Positions 40,082 to 53,127 of a stretch of 64,000 nucleotides of DNA are shown piece after piece (within the stretch, counting starts at the first letter, position 1; every line of letters begins with the position of its first letter). A program made the translations under genes and the position numbers. Below the pieces are notes generated by a model. That model did no database searches. It was not told the DNA's origin and saw nothing but the letters and a program-made list of their open reading frames with translations. This stretch comes from Escherichia coli (GTDB lineage: Bacteria > Pseudomonadota > Gammaproteobacteria > Enterobacterales > Enterobacteriaceae), in assembly GCF_003334815.1 (NCBI RefSeq), contig NZ_QOWO01000009.1; one strand, 5' to 3'.

Positions 40082-41239
40082 CTACCGCTCTTCATCCAGT
40101 TGTAACGCCACATACAGCAGCAACCTGTCATCAAAATTGCCCAAATCAAGCCCGGTCAGTTCCGATATACGATTAAGCCGATACTCCAGGGTATTACGAT
40201 GAATAAACAACGCCTTTGACGTTGCCAGCGGTTGCACATTGTGGCGAAACCACGCCGCCAGCGTTCGTCGCAGCAAGCCGTTATTGTCCATCGTTTTCAG
40301 CCGCGCCAGCGGTCGCGCCAGTTCGTTGGCCTGCCAGTCGCCACGCAAACTGTCGAGTAACACAGGTAACATCAGATCCTGATAAAAATAGCAGCGACTT
40401 TCTGGCATCCGCTGTTTACCCACCACCATCGTCGTTTTCGCCGTACGATAGGATCGGGCAATACTGCCAGGACCGGTAAAATAGTTGCCCAGTGAAACGC
40501 GAAAACGCAGCTGGCCGTACTCTTTCATGCGGGTAATCAGTTGTTCAACTCGCTTACGATGATCTTCTGCATCCCAGCGCCCAAAAGAGTTCAACGCCGG
40601 TTTCAACACCACCATTTCGGTTAGCGAGACAATCGCCACCAGATTATTACGCTCGGGCGTAGTCAGCGCGTTTTGCAGTTGTTGTAACTCCGCCATTGCG
40701 CTGTCCACGCCAAGCTGACCGCTGTCGACCTCAACAATAGCCACCACTCGCGGTTGATTGAGATCGATCCCCAGCCGTTGCGCCCATTCAGTAAGTGCGG
40801 GAGTATTCTCCTCTGCCTGAATCAGGTTCATCACCAGTTCTTCCCGCAAACGGCTATCCTGCGCCAACAAGTGCATCAACCGCGACTGTTCCAGCATCAT
40901 TTCAGCCGTCATGCAGACCAGTTCGCCATATTTACGCAGATTCTCTGGTTCACCTGTCAGGCCAATTACGCCGACAATTTCACCTTCCAGCCGTAACGGT
41001 AGATTAATCCCCTGCCGCACACCGTGCAGATGACGTGCTACCGCGTCATCGATATCGACGACTCGTCCCTGTGAAAGTACCAGCAATGCACCTTCGTGCA
41101 ATTCACCAATACGCTCACGATCGCCGCTGCCGATAATTCGCCCACGGGCATCCATTACGTTGATATTGGTATCGATGATGCGCATGGTACGTGCCACGAT
41201 ATCCTGCGCCATTTTGGTATCAAGATGCCAGCCAGCCAT
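40082..41239 (-). CDS. cdaR: Carbohydrate diacid regulator CdaR (SdaR)
   Basis: 385 aa from MAGWHLDTKMAQDIVARTM; PucR-type C-terminal HTH; the track ORF is extended by 6 codons. Confidence 0.9.
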   Translation of the reverse strand: MAGWHLDTKMAQDIVARTMRIIDTNINVMDARGRIIGSGDRERIGELHEGALLVLSQGRVVDIDDAVARHLHGVRQGINLPLRLEGEIVGVIGLTGEPENLRKYGELVCMTAEMMLEQSRLMHLLAQDSRLREELVMNLIQAEENTPALTEWAQRLGIDLNQPRVVAIVEVDSGQLGVDSAMAELQQLQNALTTPERNNLVAIVSLTEMVVLKPALNSFGRWDAEDHRKRVEQLITRMKEYGQLRFRVSLGNYFTGPGSIARSYRTAKTTMVVGKQRMPESRCYFYQDLMLPVLLDSLRGDWQANELARPLARLKTMDNNGLLRRTLAAWFRHNVQPLATSKALFIHRNTLEYRLNRISELTGLDLGNFDDRLLLYVALQLDEER

Positions 41240-41393
41240 AAGTCCTCCGTTATGCACGGCTTAGCATAAGGAAGTACGTAACGTACGGCATTGTGCAAAT
41301 GCCTAAAGGATGATGAAGATGTATGGAGTTGTGGTGAAGTTCACAGATTGTAAGGAGAACCCCTTCCCGTTTTCAGGAAGGGGTTGAGGGAGA

Positions 41394-42818
41394 TTACTGC
41401 ATTAACAGGTAGATGGTGCTGTCGCCGCGCTGAATGTTGAGTGCCAGCACAGACGGTTTGCTGTCGAGAACTTTACGCAGTTCAGCGATGTTTTTCACTG
41501 CCTGCTGGTTCGCGCCAATAATCACATCACCTTTCTTCAGGCCGATCTGCGCAGCCGGAGTGCCCGTTTTCACGTTGTTCACTACCACGCCCTGATCTTT
41601 GCCTTTGTTGCTCATCTCAGCGCCTTCAATGCCGTTGAAGATGGAGCTGGAATCAACCTGATTCTGGCTGCTCTGCTGCAGTTCCAGGTTCACGTTAACC
41701 TGCTTACCGTCGCGCAGTAAGCCCAGGGTCAGTTTGCTGCCTACCGGCATAGTACCCACCTGAGCACGCAGTGCGGCAAAGCTGCTGATCGGCTTACCGT
41801 TCAGTGAGGTGATCACATCACCCGCTTTAATGCCCGCTTTTGCAGCGGAGGAATTAGGCAGAACCTGGCTTACGAAAGCACCGCGCTGGGCGTCAACTTT
41901 CATCGCTTTCGCCAGTTCGGAGTTCAGCTCAGTCCCCATAATACCCAGCTCACCGCGTTTCACCTGGCCGTATTCCACCATCTGCGAGGTCAGGTTTTTC
42001 ACCATGTTACTCGGGATAGCAAAACCGATACCGATGTTGCCGCCGTCCGGTGCGAGGATCGCGGTGTTGATACCGATCAGTTCGCCGTTCAGGTTAACCA
42101 GCGCACCACCGGAGTTACCACGGTTGATCGCTGCATCGGTCTGGATGAAGTTTTCGTAGTTTTCGGCATTCAGGCCGCTACGCCCCAGCGCAGAGACAAT
42201 CCCGGAAGTTACCGTCTCGCCCAGACCAAACGGGTTACCAATCGCTACGGTGTAATCACCCACGCGCAGTGCATCAGAATCCGCCATCTTAATTGCGGTC
42301 AGGTTTTTCGGGTTCTGGATTTGGATCAGCGCGATATCAGAGCGCGGATCTTTGCCAACCATCTTCGCGTCGAACTTACGGCCATCGCTCAGTTGAACTT
42401 TAATGACCGTCGCGTTATCAACAACGTGGTTGTTGGTGACGACATAGCCTTTATCGGCATCAATGATGACGCCGGAACCCAGCGCCATGAATTTCTGTTG
42501 CTGGCCGCCACCATTACCGCCCTGGCCACCCTGGCAGAACGGAGAGCTCTGGAACGGAGAACCTTCCTGGCAGAACGGAGAATCATCACCGAAGAACTGC
42601 TGGAAATTACGCGGCATACGCGGCGTATTAACGGTTGTGCTACCTTCTACGTTAATGCTGACCACTGAAGGCATCACCTTTTCGAGCATCGGTGCAAGGC
42701 TTGGCATCTGCTGGGCTGTCGTTGCTGAAGAAGTCTCAGCCGCCGTTGCAGAGAGCGGAGATAACGCCAAACCTAAACTCAGAGCCAGTGCACTCAGTGC
42801 TAATGTGGTTTTTTTCAT
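41394..42818 (-). CDS. degP: Periplasmic serine endoprotease and chaperone DegP (HtrA)
   Basis: 474 aa; signal peptide, catalytic GNSGGAL motif, two PDZ domains. Confidence 0.96.
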   Translation of the reverse strand: MKKTTLALSALALSLGLALSPLSATAAETSSATTAQQMPSLAPMLEKVMPSVVSINVEGSTTVNTPRMPRNFQQFFGDDSPFCQEGSPFQSSPFCQGGQGGNGGGQQQKFMALGSGVIIDADKGYVVTNNHVVDNATVIKVQLSDGRKFDAKMVGKDPRSDIALIQIQNPKNLTAIKMADSDALRVGDYTVAIGNPFGLGETVTSGIVSALGRSGLNAENYENFIQTDAAINRGNSGGALVNLNGELIGINTAILAPDGGNIGIGFAIPSNMVKNLTSQMVEYGQVKRGELGIMGTELNSELAKAMKVDAQRGAFVSQVLPNSSAAKAGIKAGDVITSLNGKPISSFAALRAQVGTMPVGSKLTLGLLRDGKQVNVNLELQQSSQNQVDSSSIFNGIEGAEMSNKGKDQGVVVNNVKTGTPAAQIGLKKGDVIIGANQQAVKNIAELRKVLDSKPSVLALNIQRGDSTIYLLMQ

Positions 42819-42862
42819 GTATTTCAGTCTCGATTAACAGATAACGCAAAATTGCTGTGTTC

Positions 42863-42891
42863 TTCAGATTCGTTTTATAGCCTGAAGTTCC
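42863..42891 (-). promoter_or_regulatory. Sigma-E-type promoter for degP
   Basis: Minus strand GGAACTT (42885-42891), 16 bp spacer, then TCTGAA (42863-42868), matching the sigma-E consensus (-35 GGAACTT, -10 TCTGA), about 45 nt upstream of degP. GTAAA pentamers just upstream (42913-42917 plus strand, 42933-42937 minus strand) are candidate CpxR half-sites. Confidence 0.65.
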
Positions 42892-42947
42892 GAACTAAAG
42901 TTTCTGCAAAAGGTAAAAATTTATTGTTCGTCTTTACAAAAGCCTGG

Positions 42948-44465
42948 TTATTGTTCTACGGCCATCAGACGTCGGTATTCATCCCACGCATAGAGGTCGG
43001 TCATACCGCTGATATAATCCTGCAGCAGGCGGCAACGGTAATAATATTCCCATAGCGGAAACTCAGGAGAATCTGACGGTAATTTACTGACAGCCTCGAC
43101 ATAGGCCAGCCGATGGCGCGTCGAGAGTTTGTGGAATAAGCGCGATTCAATAGGGAAACGTTTCACCCGTTCTTTTTCTACCAGTTCAGTAAAGTCTGAT
43201 AACGACAGGCTTAATAAAGGACGATAAATCTCTAATAATCCGCTAATGACCCGATAGCCCTGCAATTCAAGCTGCTCGACATCTGGATGGCTAAACACAT
43301 GTTTTACAGCGACATTTTTATATAGCTTAAGAAGATCGCTGCATTCGCTGGCATCTTCCAATAATGCATGATTAAACGTTCCGGCGAAAATCGCAGGCAG
43401 ATTATCAATAAATCGTTGTGCCGCGTAGGGTACCAGTTTATTTAGGGTGTTTACCCGTAAATACATAAAAAACTGATCTTCCGTACTGCGGCTTAAACTA
43501 TTTGAGCGTGATTTTTCCCAGGCATTTTCAACCACCAGCGAAAAGAGCGAACCTTTCTCATGCTGGCCCCACGCTTCGTGCAAATGATGATAAAGCTGCT
43601 CAACGGTAAATATTCTTTTCTCTACCGCATCTTCAAGGTCTGCCACACAATAGGAGATGTCGTCGGCAGCTTCCATAATCCACGTTAATGGAAAACGACT
43701 GTAAAGCGCCAAATTAAGTTCTTTACGCAACCGGGCAATATAGGCTTCTTCAGAAAGATAATAACCCGGCTTTTTCATTAAATAGTGATGTGTCTCAGGC
43801 GTTTCGCCACGCCACCACGCCGGACGGGTATATTTTAAAATACCGCCAACCTGTGCCCAGGTGAGATTCATCCGCATCAATGTATGCACCAGGCGAATGC
43901 CTTGTGCATTCCCCTCAAAATGACATAAGTCCTGACGAATCTTGCGCCGCAGCTCGTTAAGCGGTTCTTCCCCGTCCCGTAAACGTAGTGCCGCCACGCT
44001 GCAGCGATCGTCAGTCAGAGGCTGGCTTTCGGCATCTTCCGGGTGCAAACGTTGGCGAAACCAGTCATTTATCGCCGCTTCGCCAAAATGACCAAACGGC
44101 GGATTGCCGATATCGTGCATCAGGCATGACATCTCAACAATGCTTTCAAAGGGACCGGTCAGTTCATCCAGGCCGTATGCTTCCAGTAATTTAAGCTCTT
44201 TCAGACGGCTTAAAATTTCTTTGGCGATGTAGCGCCCCACCTGCTGGACTTCCATCGAGTGGGTAAGACGCGTGCGCACGGCGGCATTGCGCTCCAGTGG
44301 AAAAACCTGGGTCTTTTGTTGCAGACGACGAATTGCCGGAGAGTTGATGATACGCCCGCGATCGCTCTCGAAGATCCGCAGGATCTCATGTTCGGTTTTA
44401 ACGCCCTGCGGTGAACGGTAACGACGATGCCAGTTTATTTTTTTTCGGAAATCAATCTGTGCCAT
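42948..44465 (-). CDS. dgt: dGTP triphosphohydrolase
   Basis: 505 aa; HD-domain protein; N-terminus [21 protein letters not shown]. Confidence 0.95.
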
Positions 44466-44548
44466 GTCCTCTCCCGCGTGAGAAATACGCTTCCCCGTAA
44501 GCGCATGGTAAACTATGCCTTCAAATCGGGCTTATCGCGAGTAAATCT

Positions 44549-45247
44549 ATGAAAATCGGCATCATTGGTGCAATGGAAGAAGAAGTTACGCTGCTGCGTG
44601 ACAAAATCGAAAACCGTCAAACTATCAGTCTCGGCGGTTGCGAAATCTATACCGGCCAACTGAATGGAACCGAGGTTGCGCTTCTGAAATCGGGCATCGG
44701 TAAAGTCGCTGCGGCGCTGGGTGCCACTTTGCTGTTGGAACACTGCAAGCCAGATGTGATTATTAACACCGGTTCTGCCGGTGGCCTGGCACCAACGTTG
44801 AAAGTGGGCGATATCGTTGTCTCGGACGAAGCACGTTATCACGACGCGGATGTCACGGCATTTGGTTATGAATACGGTCAGTTACCAGGCTGTCCGGCAG
44901 GCTTTAAAGCTGACGATAAACTGATCGCTGCCGCTGAGGCCTGCATTGCCGAACTGAATCTTAACGCTGTACGTGGCCTGATTGTTAGCGGCGACGCTTT
45001 CATCAACGGTTCTGTTGGTCTGGCGAAAATCCGCCACAACTTCCCACAGGCCATTGCTGTAGAGATGGAAGCGACGGCAATCGCCCATGTCTGCCACAAT
45101 TTCAACGTCCCGTTTGTTGTCGTACGCGCCATCTCCGACGTGGCCGATCAACAGTCTCATCTTAGCTTCGATGAGTTCCTGGCTGTTGCCGCTAAACAGT
45201 CCAGCCTGATGGTTGAGTCACTGGTGCAGAAACTTGCACATGGCTAA
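44549..45247 (+). CDS. mtn: 5'-methylthioadenosine/S-adenosylhomocysteine nucleosidase
   Basis: 232 aa; N-terminus [25 protein letters not shown]. Confidence 0.96.
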   Translation: MKIGIIGAMEEEVTLLRDKIENRQTISLGGCEIYTGQLNGTEVALLKSGIGKVAAALGATLLLEHCKPDVIINTGSAGGLAPTLKVGDIVVSDEARYHDADVTAFGYEYGQLPGCPAGFKADDKLIAAAEACIAELNLNAVRGLIVSGDAFINGSVGLAKIRHNFPQAIAVEMEATAIAHVCHNFNVPFVVVRAISDVADQQSHLSFDEFLAVAAKQSSLMVESLVQKLAHG

Positions 45248-46040
45248 GTCACTGTTCAGGGCGCTGGTCGCCCTGTCTTTTCTTGCGCCACTGTGGCTCA
45301 ACGCCGCGCCGCGCGTCATCACGCTTTCTCCCGCCAACACTGAACTTGCCTTTGCCGCCGGGATCACGCCGGTTGGGGTCAGCAGCTATTCCGACTATCC
45401 TCCACAAGCGCAAAAGATTGAGCAGGTTTCCACCTGGCAGGGGATGAATCTGGAACGCATTGTCGCGCTGAAACCCGATCTGGTGATTGCCTGGCGTGGA
45501 GGTAATGCCGAGCGGCAGGTTGACCAGCTGGCTTCGCTGGGAATAAAAGTGATGTGGGTCGATGCGACAAGCATTGAACAAATTGCCAATGCGTTACGTC
45601 AACTGGCCCCCTGGAGTCCGCAACCAGACAAGGCCGAACAAGCCGCGCAATCCCTGCTGGATCAGTACGCGCAATTGAAAGCGCAATATGCTGATAAACC
45701 TAAAAAACGTGTTTTTCTGCAATTCGGCATTAATCCGCCATTTACCAGTGGAAAAGAGTCGATTCAGAACCAGGTACTCGAAGTTTGTGGCGGAGAAAAC
45801 ATCTTTAAAGACAGCCGGGTTCCCTGGCCGCAAGTTAGCCGCGAACAGGTGTTAGCACGCTCGCCACAGGCGATTGTCATTACAGGCGGACCGGACCAAA
45901 TTCCTAAAATCAAACAATACTGGGGTGAACAGCTCAAAATTCCCGTTATTCCTCTCACGAGTGACTGGTTTGAACGTGCAAGCCCACGTATTATCCTCGC
46001 TGCACAACAGCTCTGTAATGCGCTTTCACAGGTAGATTAG
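45240..46040 (+). CDS. btuF: Vitamin B12 periplasmic binding protein
   Basis: 266 aa from [24 protein letters not shown] (signal peptide); the start overlaps the mtn 3' end by 8 nt; the track ORF is extended by 9 codons. Confidence 0.93.
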   Translation: MAKSLFRALVALSFLAPLWLNAAPRVITLSPANTELAFAAGITPVGVSSYSDYPPQAQKIEQVSTWQGMNLERIVALKPDLVIAWRGGNAERQVDQLASLGIKVMWVDATSIEQIANALRQLAPWSPQPDKAEQAAQSLLDQYAQLKAQYADKPKKRVFLQFGINPPFTSGKESIQNQVLEVCGGENIFKDSRVPWPQVSREQVLARSPQAIVITGGPDQIPKIKQYWGEQLKIPVIPLTSDWFERASPRIILAAQQLCNALSQVD

Positions 46041-46077
46041 CGCCTGACCTTTTCAGGTGCTCAGTGGGGATTGAACA

Positions 46078-46701
46078 ATGCTCGTCTATTGGCTGGATAT
46101 AGTCGGCACAGCGGTATTTGCCATCTCCGGCGTTTTGTTAGCCGGAAAATTGCGTATGGACCCTTTTGGTGTTCTGGTACTGGGCGTGGTAACCGCAGTA
46201 GGCGGCGGGACAATTCGCGACATGGCGCTGGATCACGGCCCGGTATTTTGGGTGAAAGATCCCACCGATCTGGTCGTTGCAATGGTCACCAGCATGCTGA
46301 CCATCGTGCTGGTGCGCCAGCCAAGACGCTTACCAAAATGGATGTTGCCGGTGCTGGACGCCGTTGGTCTGGCGGTGTTTGTCGGCATTGGCGTGAATAA
46401 AGCCTTTAATGCGGAAGCCGGTCCGTTAATCGCGGTTTGTATGGGCGTCATTACTGGCGTTGGCGGCGGGATCATTCGTGATGTTCTGGCCCGCGAAATC
46501 CCCATGATTTTACGTACAGAAATCTACGCAACTGCCTGTATTATCGGCGGTATTGTCCACGCTACGGCTTATTACACATTTTCCGTACCACTGGAAACAG
46601 CCAGTATGATGGGCATGGTCGTGACGCTATTGATTCGGCTGGCGGCTATTCGTTGGCATCTTAAGCTACCGACGTTTGCGCTGGATGAGAATGGGCGTTG
46701 A
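46078..46701 (+). CDS. yadS: Inner-membrane protein YadS (UPF0126)
   Basis: 207 aa hydrophobic ORF with an internal duplication of glycine-rich transmembrane segments. Confidence 0.88.
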   Translation: MLVYWLDIVGTAVFAISGVLLAGKLRMDPFGVLVLGVVTAVGGGTIRDMALDHGPVFWVKDPTDLVVAMVTSMLTIVLVRQPRRLPKWMLPVLDAVGLAVFVGIGVNKAFNAEAGPLIAVCMGVITGVGGGIIRDVLAREIPMILRTEIYATACIIGGIVHATAYYTFSVPLETASMMGMVVTLLIRLAAIRWHLKLPTFALDENGR

Positions 46702-46747
46702 AGAGAGAAGATGTGCCGGATAGTTTATCCGGCACATGAACAACAGA

Positions 46748-47092
46748 TTAGATACTAAAGGAAGAACCGCAACCGCAGGTGCTTTTCGCGTTCGGGTTGG
46801 TCACGATGAAACGAGAACCTTCCAGACCTTCGGTATAATCAACGGAACCGCCGACCAGATATTGCAGGCTCATCGGATCAACCACCAGGCCAACGCCCTG
46901 TTTTTCGATGGTCATATCGCCTTCGTTCACCTGATCATCAAAGGTGAAACCATACTGGAAGCCGCTGCAACCGCCACCGGTGATATACACGCGTAATTTC
47001 AGATTCGGGTTATCTTCGTCAGCGATCAGGCTTTTAACTTTGTTGGCTGCTGCGTCGGTAAACTCCAGCGGCAGTGCTACGTCATCACTCAT
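46748..47092 (-). CDS. erpA: Iron-sulfur cluster insertion protein ErpA
   Basis: 114 aa from [22 protein letters not shown]; A-type carrier with a C-terminal CGCGSSF motif; the track ORF is extended by 11 codons. Confidence 0.93.
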
Positions 47093-47173
47093 ATTTTGCT
47101 CCAAACGACATCGGCAATTGGGCAAATTCTAACCCAATAATAATCGCCATTATCTAATACCCTGGTATTTCGT

Positions 47174-48613
<1,440 letters not shown>

Positions 48614-48819
48614 TCATACAAATAAGATGACGGCATTTTACTCGCACGTTCCATGAAAATCCTTTGCAAAGCGTAATGTTTCAAATGCACAAAACTTTTA
48701 TACTCTAAGAAATCAGGATTGCACCAGTACAAGCAGCCTGATGTTTGACGAGTATTTAACTTGTTATGAATAACATAGAATAGCAGCCATTCACTTTTTC
48801 TACGAATCAGGAACCCTCC

Positions 48820-50100
48820 ATGAGTAAGTCTGAAAATCTTTACAGCGCAGCGCGCGAGCTGATCCCTGGCGGTGTGAACTCCCCTGTTCGCGCCTTTACT
48901 GGCGTGGGCGGCACTCCACTGTTTATCGAAAAAGCGGACGGCGCTTATCTGTACGATGTTGATGGCAAAGCCTATATCGATTATGTCGGTTCCTGGGGGC
49001 CGATGGTGCTGGGCCATAACCATCCGGCAATCCGCAATGCCGTGATTGAAGCCGCCGAGCGTGGTTTAAGCTTTGGTGCACCAACCGAAATGGAAGTGAA
49101 AATGGCGCAACTGGTGACCGAACTGGTCCCGACCATGGATATGGTGCGCATGGTGAACTCCGGCACTGAAGCGACCATGAGCGCCATCCGCCTGGCCCGT
49201 GGTTTTACCGGTCGCGACAAAATTATTAAATTTGAAGGGTGTTACCATGGTCACGCTGACTGCCTGCTGGTGAAAGCCGGTTCTGGCGCACTCACGTTAG
49301 GCCAGCCAAACTCGCCGGGCGTTCCGGCAGATTTCGCCAAACATACCTTAACCTGTACTTATAATGATCTGGCTTCTGTACGCGCCGCATTTGAGCAATA
49401 CCCGCAAGAGATTGCCTGTATTATCGTCGAGCCGGTGGCAGGCAATATGAACTGTGTTCCGCCGCTGCCAGAGTTCCTGCCAGGTCTGCGCGCGCTGTGC
49501 GACGAATTTGGCGCGTTGCTGATCATCGATGAAGTGATGACCGGTTTCCGCGTAGCGCTAGCTGGCGCACAGGATTATTACGGCGTAGTGCCAGATTTAA
49601 CCTGCCTCGGCAAAATCATCGGCGGTGGAATGCCGGTAGGCGCATTCGGTGGTCGTCGTGATGTAATGGATGCGCTGGCCCCGACGGGTCCGGTCTATCA
49701 GGCGGGTACGCTTTCCGGTAACCCGATTGCGATGGCAGCGGGTTTCGCCTGTCTGAATGAAGTCGCGCAGCCGGGCGTTCACGAAACGCTGGATGAGCTG
49801 ACAACACGTCTGGCAGAAGGTCTGCTGGAAGCGGCAGAAGAAGCCGGAATTCCGCTGGTCGTTAACCACGTTGGCGGCATGTTCGGTATTTTCTTTACCG
49901 ACGCCGAGTCCGTGACGTGCTATCAGGATGTGATGGCCTGTGACGTGGAACGCTTTAAGCGTTTCTTCCATATGATGCTGGACGAAGGTGTTTACCTGGC
50001 ACCGTCAGCGTTTGAAGCGGGCTTTATGTCCGTGGCGCACAGCATGGAAGATATCAATAACACCATCGATGCTGCACGTCGGGTGTTTGCGAAGTTGTGA
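48820..50100 (+). CDS. hemL: Glutamate-1-semialdehyde 2,1-aminomutase
   Basis: 426 aa; class III aminotransferase; N-terminus [26 protein letters not shown]. Confidence 0.96.
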   Translation: MSKSENLYSAARELIPGGVNSPVRAFTGVGGTPLFIEKADGAYLYDVDGKAYIDYVGSWGPMVLGHNHPAIRNAVIEAAERGLSFGAPTEMEVKMAQLVTELVPTMDMVRMVNSGTEATMSAIRLARGFTGRDKIIKFEGCYHGHADCLLVKAGSGALTLGQPNSPGVPADFAKHTLTCTYNDLASVRAAFEQYPQEIACIIVEPVAGNMNCVPPLPEFLPGLRALCDEFGALLIIDEVMTGFRVALAGAQDYYGVVPDLTCLGKIIGGGMPVGAFGGRRDVMDALAPTGPVYQAGTLSGNPIAMAAGFACLNEVAQPGVHETLDELTTRLAEGLLEAAEEAGIPLVVNHVGGMFGIFFTDAESVTCYQDVMACDVERFKRFFHMMLDEGVYLAPSAFEAGFMSVAHSMEDINNTIDAARRVFAKL

Positions 50101-50109
50101 TCCAGCATG

Positions 50110-50240
<131 letters not shown>

Positions 50241-50257
50241 GCCGTTATATGGAAAAA

Positions 50258-52240
50258 TTAACGGCTCTGCTTTCTCAACAAATAGATAAAATATGGCGCG
50301 CCGATAAAGGTTGACAGCAGCCCCGCCGGGATCTGGAATGGAAACAGCACCATCCGCCCACACCAGTCAGCGAACACCAGCAGTAAACCACCCACCAGCG
50401 CCGAAATTACGATGTGTGGCATCGTCCGTCGAAAGCCCATCATCCGCGCAATATGCGGTGCCATTAAACCAACAAAACTCAACGGTCCAATAGTCATCGT
50501 CGCGGTCGCCGTCAGGCAAGCCGCTAACAGCAGCAGCGCAATTCGCGTCGGCGTCAGCGCCATTCCTACGGCTCGGGCGGTATCACCACCCAGCGGTAAA
50601 ATGGTCAGCCAGCGGCGGCACAGCGGGGTAATCGCCAGCAAAATCACCATCACAATTCCGGTGCGCCAGACCTGCGCATCGGTCGCGTTGTAGGTCGAAC
50701 CGGAAATCCAGGTCAGCACTTGCGCCATTCGCGGGTCACCACTTGCCTGCAACATCATCAAAAGCATGGTGAACGCGGTGCTTAACGCCATCCCCGCCAG
50801 TAACATACGGTGTGGGGAAAATCCACCGCGGCCGGCGGCGATCATAATGATCAACAGCGTCACCGCCGCGCCGAGACTGCCTGCAGGTAACAGCCAGCCA
50901 AAGGCATTACCCGGCACCAGAAACAGCATCAACACCACGCCAAACGCCGCGCCGGAGCTAATCCCCAGCACTTCCGGGCTTGCCATCGGGTTTCCGGTCA
51001 GTCGCTGAATAATACAGCCCGCCACCGCCAGCATGACGCCCGCAAACAGCGCCGCCATAATTCGCGGCCAGCGCCAGGGCATTAAATCCTCGAGCAACGC
51101 CCCGCTCGCCCACGTCCAGCCGTGCGCATCACGACCAAACGACAGCGCCACCACCACAGCCATCAACAGCAGCACGCCGCCCGCGAGGGCAAACGCCAGC
51201 ACATGTTGGCGTTCAGCCGCGACACGATCGTTGACCTTCATATCCGGCGCGCTAATGCTGCGTAAACGCGGCAACAGCCACAGTAGCAGCGGCGCACCGA
51301 TCAACGCAGTGACCGAACCGGTGGACACTTCCATCCACACGCGAGTCAGCCAGAGGATGATTTGATCGGAAAGCCAGAGGATCAGCGCACCAATCAACGA
51401 CGCCAGCATCAGTCGTGGCAGCAGACGCCGCGCCCCCAGCATTTTTGCCAGCAGCGGCGCGAACAACCCGATAAAGCCGATAATCCCCACAGCGTTCACC
51501 AGCAGCGCACTGATGACAATCGCCAGCGACAGCGCCGCCAGACGCGCAAGCGACAAGGCCAGCCCGAGATTGCGCGCCACGCCATCATCAAGCCCCATCA
51601 GGGTTAACGGACGAAGTAGCAGCAACGTCAGCATCACACCGCCCAGCAGCTGCGGCCATAAACGCTCAACGCCGCCCCAGTCGGTTTGCGTCAGCGTTCC
51701 AGTGCTCCACAGAAACATGCTTTGCAGTTGGTCATGATGGAAGATAACCAGTAACTGATTGATTGCGCCGCAATAAAGGCTCACTACCAACCCCGCGAGA
51801 ATCAGCGTTACCGGCGACAGCCGTTTCCCCCACGCGACGCCAAAGACAATTAAGCCAACAACACAAGCCCCTGCCAGCGCAGCAAACTGGCTCGCCATCG
51901 CACCAGGGATCGCCCAGAGCGTAGTGACGGTAATCCCCAGTTGCGCGCCTGTAGCAACGCCAAGCGTCGTCGGCTCCGCCAGCGGGTTACGCAGCACTTG
52001 CTGAAACAGCACGCCCACCAGCCCCAGACCCGCGCCCACCAGCAGCGAAATCGCCAGACGCGGCAACAAGCTGTAGTGAAAAATCATCTGCTCGATGACG
52101 TCAATATCCGGCGACCAGGCAGCCTGCGCCCACTGGCTACGCGGCAGCGCCTGCGAGAAGTTCATCCAGGTGAGCGCCGTAGCGACAATCACTAACAGCG
52201 CCAGCAATAACGCCGGGAAAAGCGCAATTCGTTTACTCAC
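50258..52240 (-). CDS. fhuB: Ferric hydroxamate ABC transporter permease
   Basis: 660 aa; internally duplicated permease; overlaps the fhuD stop by 4 nt. Confidence 0.95.
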   Translation of the reverse strand: MSKRIALFPALLLALLVIVATALTWMNFSQALPRSQWAQAAWSPDIDVIEQMIFHYSLLPRLAISLLVGAGLGLVGVLFQQVLRNPLAEPTTLGVATGAQLGITVTTLWAIPGAMASQFAALAGACVVGLIVFGVAWGKRLSPVTLILAGLVVSLYCGAINQLLVIFHHDQLQSMFLWSTGTLTQTDWGGVERLWPQLLGGVMLTLLLLRPLTLMGLDDGVARNLGLALSLARLAALSLAIVISALLVNAVGIIGFIGLFAPLLAKMLGARRLLPRLMLASLIGALILWLSDQIILWLTRVWMEVSTGSVTALIGAPLLLWLLPRLRSISAPDMKVNDRVAAERQHVLAFALAGGVLLLMAVVVALSFGRDAHGWTWASGALLEDLMPWRWPRIMAALFAGVMLAVAGCIIQRLTGNPMASPEVLGISSGAAFGVVLMLFLVPGNAFGWLLPAGSLGAAVTLLIIMIAAGRGGFSPHRMLLAGMALSTAFTMLLMMLQASGDPRMAQVLTWISGSTYNATDAQVWRTGIVMVILLAITPLCRRWLTILPLGGDTARAVGMALTPTRIALLLLAACLTATATMTIGPLSFVGLMAPHIARMMGFRRTMPHIVISALVGGLLLVFADWCGRMVLFPFQIPAGLLSTFIGAPYFIYLLRKQSR

Positions 52241-53127
52241 GCTTTACCTCCGATGGCGTTATCCAGAACGCGCACAAAGTGCATTGCCGAGAGCGTCGCA
52301 CCATAAAACCAGACTGCAGGTACGCGCTGAAAGCGTCCGGCGCGGACAAACGGCATGGCCTGCCACAGCGGCGTTGCCATTAGCGCATCCATGTCTTTGC
52401 TGTTGTCGTGATCAAAACAGAGCACATCAACGTCTTTATACGCCGCCAGACGATCGATACTGACGGCGGTACTGCCCCAGAAGTTGGTTTCCCCTTGCCA
52501 GGCATTTGGGATGCCGTACTCATCAAGAATTTCCTGGAACAAGCTGTTTGGACCGAAGACCAGCATATGGCGCGGATCGATAAGCGTCGTCAGCAATAAC
52601 GGACGCGCACCACGCTTCACAAAGCGGGGTTTCATGCTGCGGATAAAGTCTTCATATTGCGCTAAATGCGTTTCCGCTGCGCTTTGCAGGTTAAGTAAAT
52701 CTGCCATTTCCGTCAGCGATTTACGCGCCATCGCCAACGGCTGTTTGCCGTCACTGAAGTTAAATCCGCGACCCGGCGCAATACGAGCCAGCATTTCTGG
52801 TGAAGGGCCATATCCTGCCGACCAGACCATAAACGATGGTTTCATTTCGGTCAGCAGTTCAAGGTTAGGTTCTGTGCGCAAACCGACGTCGATCACTGAG
52901 TCCGGCAATGGTGGTTCGCTGACCCACAGGCGATAGTTGATGGTATCCGCCACGCCGTAAGGCACGATGCCGAGCGCCAGCAGTAATTCCACCGGCAACC
53001 ACTCCAGCGCCACAATACGATTGGGATCAATAGCCGCCGCGTGGGCGGTATTCATCTGCCATAACAACGGAGAAAGCGCCATCGCCGTTAACAGTCGACG
53101 GCGCGAAATAAGAGGTAAGCCGCTCAT
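52237..53127 (-). CDS. fhuD: Ferric hydroxamate periplasmic binding protein
   Basis: 296 aa from MSGLPLISRRRLLTAMALSPLL (twin-arginine-like signal); the track ORF begins one codon upstream at a TTG. Confidence 0.93.
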   Translation of the reverse strand: MSGLPLISRRRLLTAMALSPLLWQMNTAHAAAIDPNRIVALEWLPVELLLALGIVPYGVADTINYRLWVSEPPLPDSVIDVGLRTEPNLELLTEMKPSFMVWSAGYGPSPEMLARIAPGRGFNFSDGKQPLAMARKSLTEMADLLNLQSAAETHLAQYEDFIRSMKPRFVKRGARPLLLTTLIDPRHMLVFGPNSLFQEILDEYGIPNAWQGETNFWGSTAVSIDRLAAYKDVDVLCFDHDNSKDMDALMATPLWQAMPFVRAGRFQRVPAVWFYGATLSAMHFVRVLDNAIGGKA

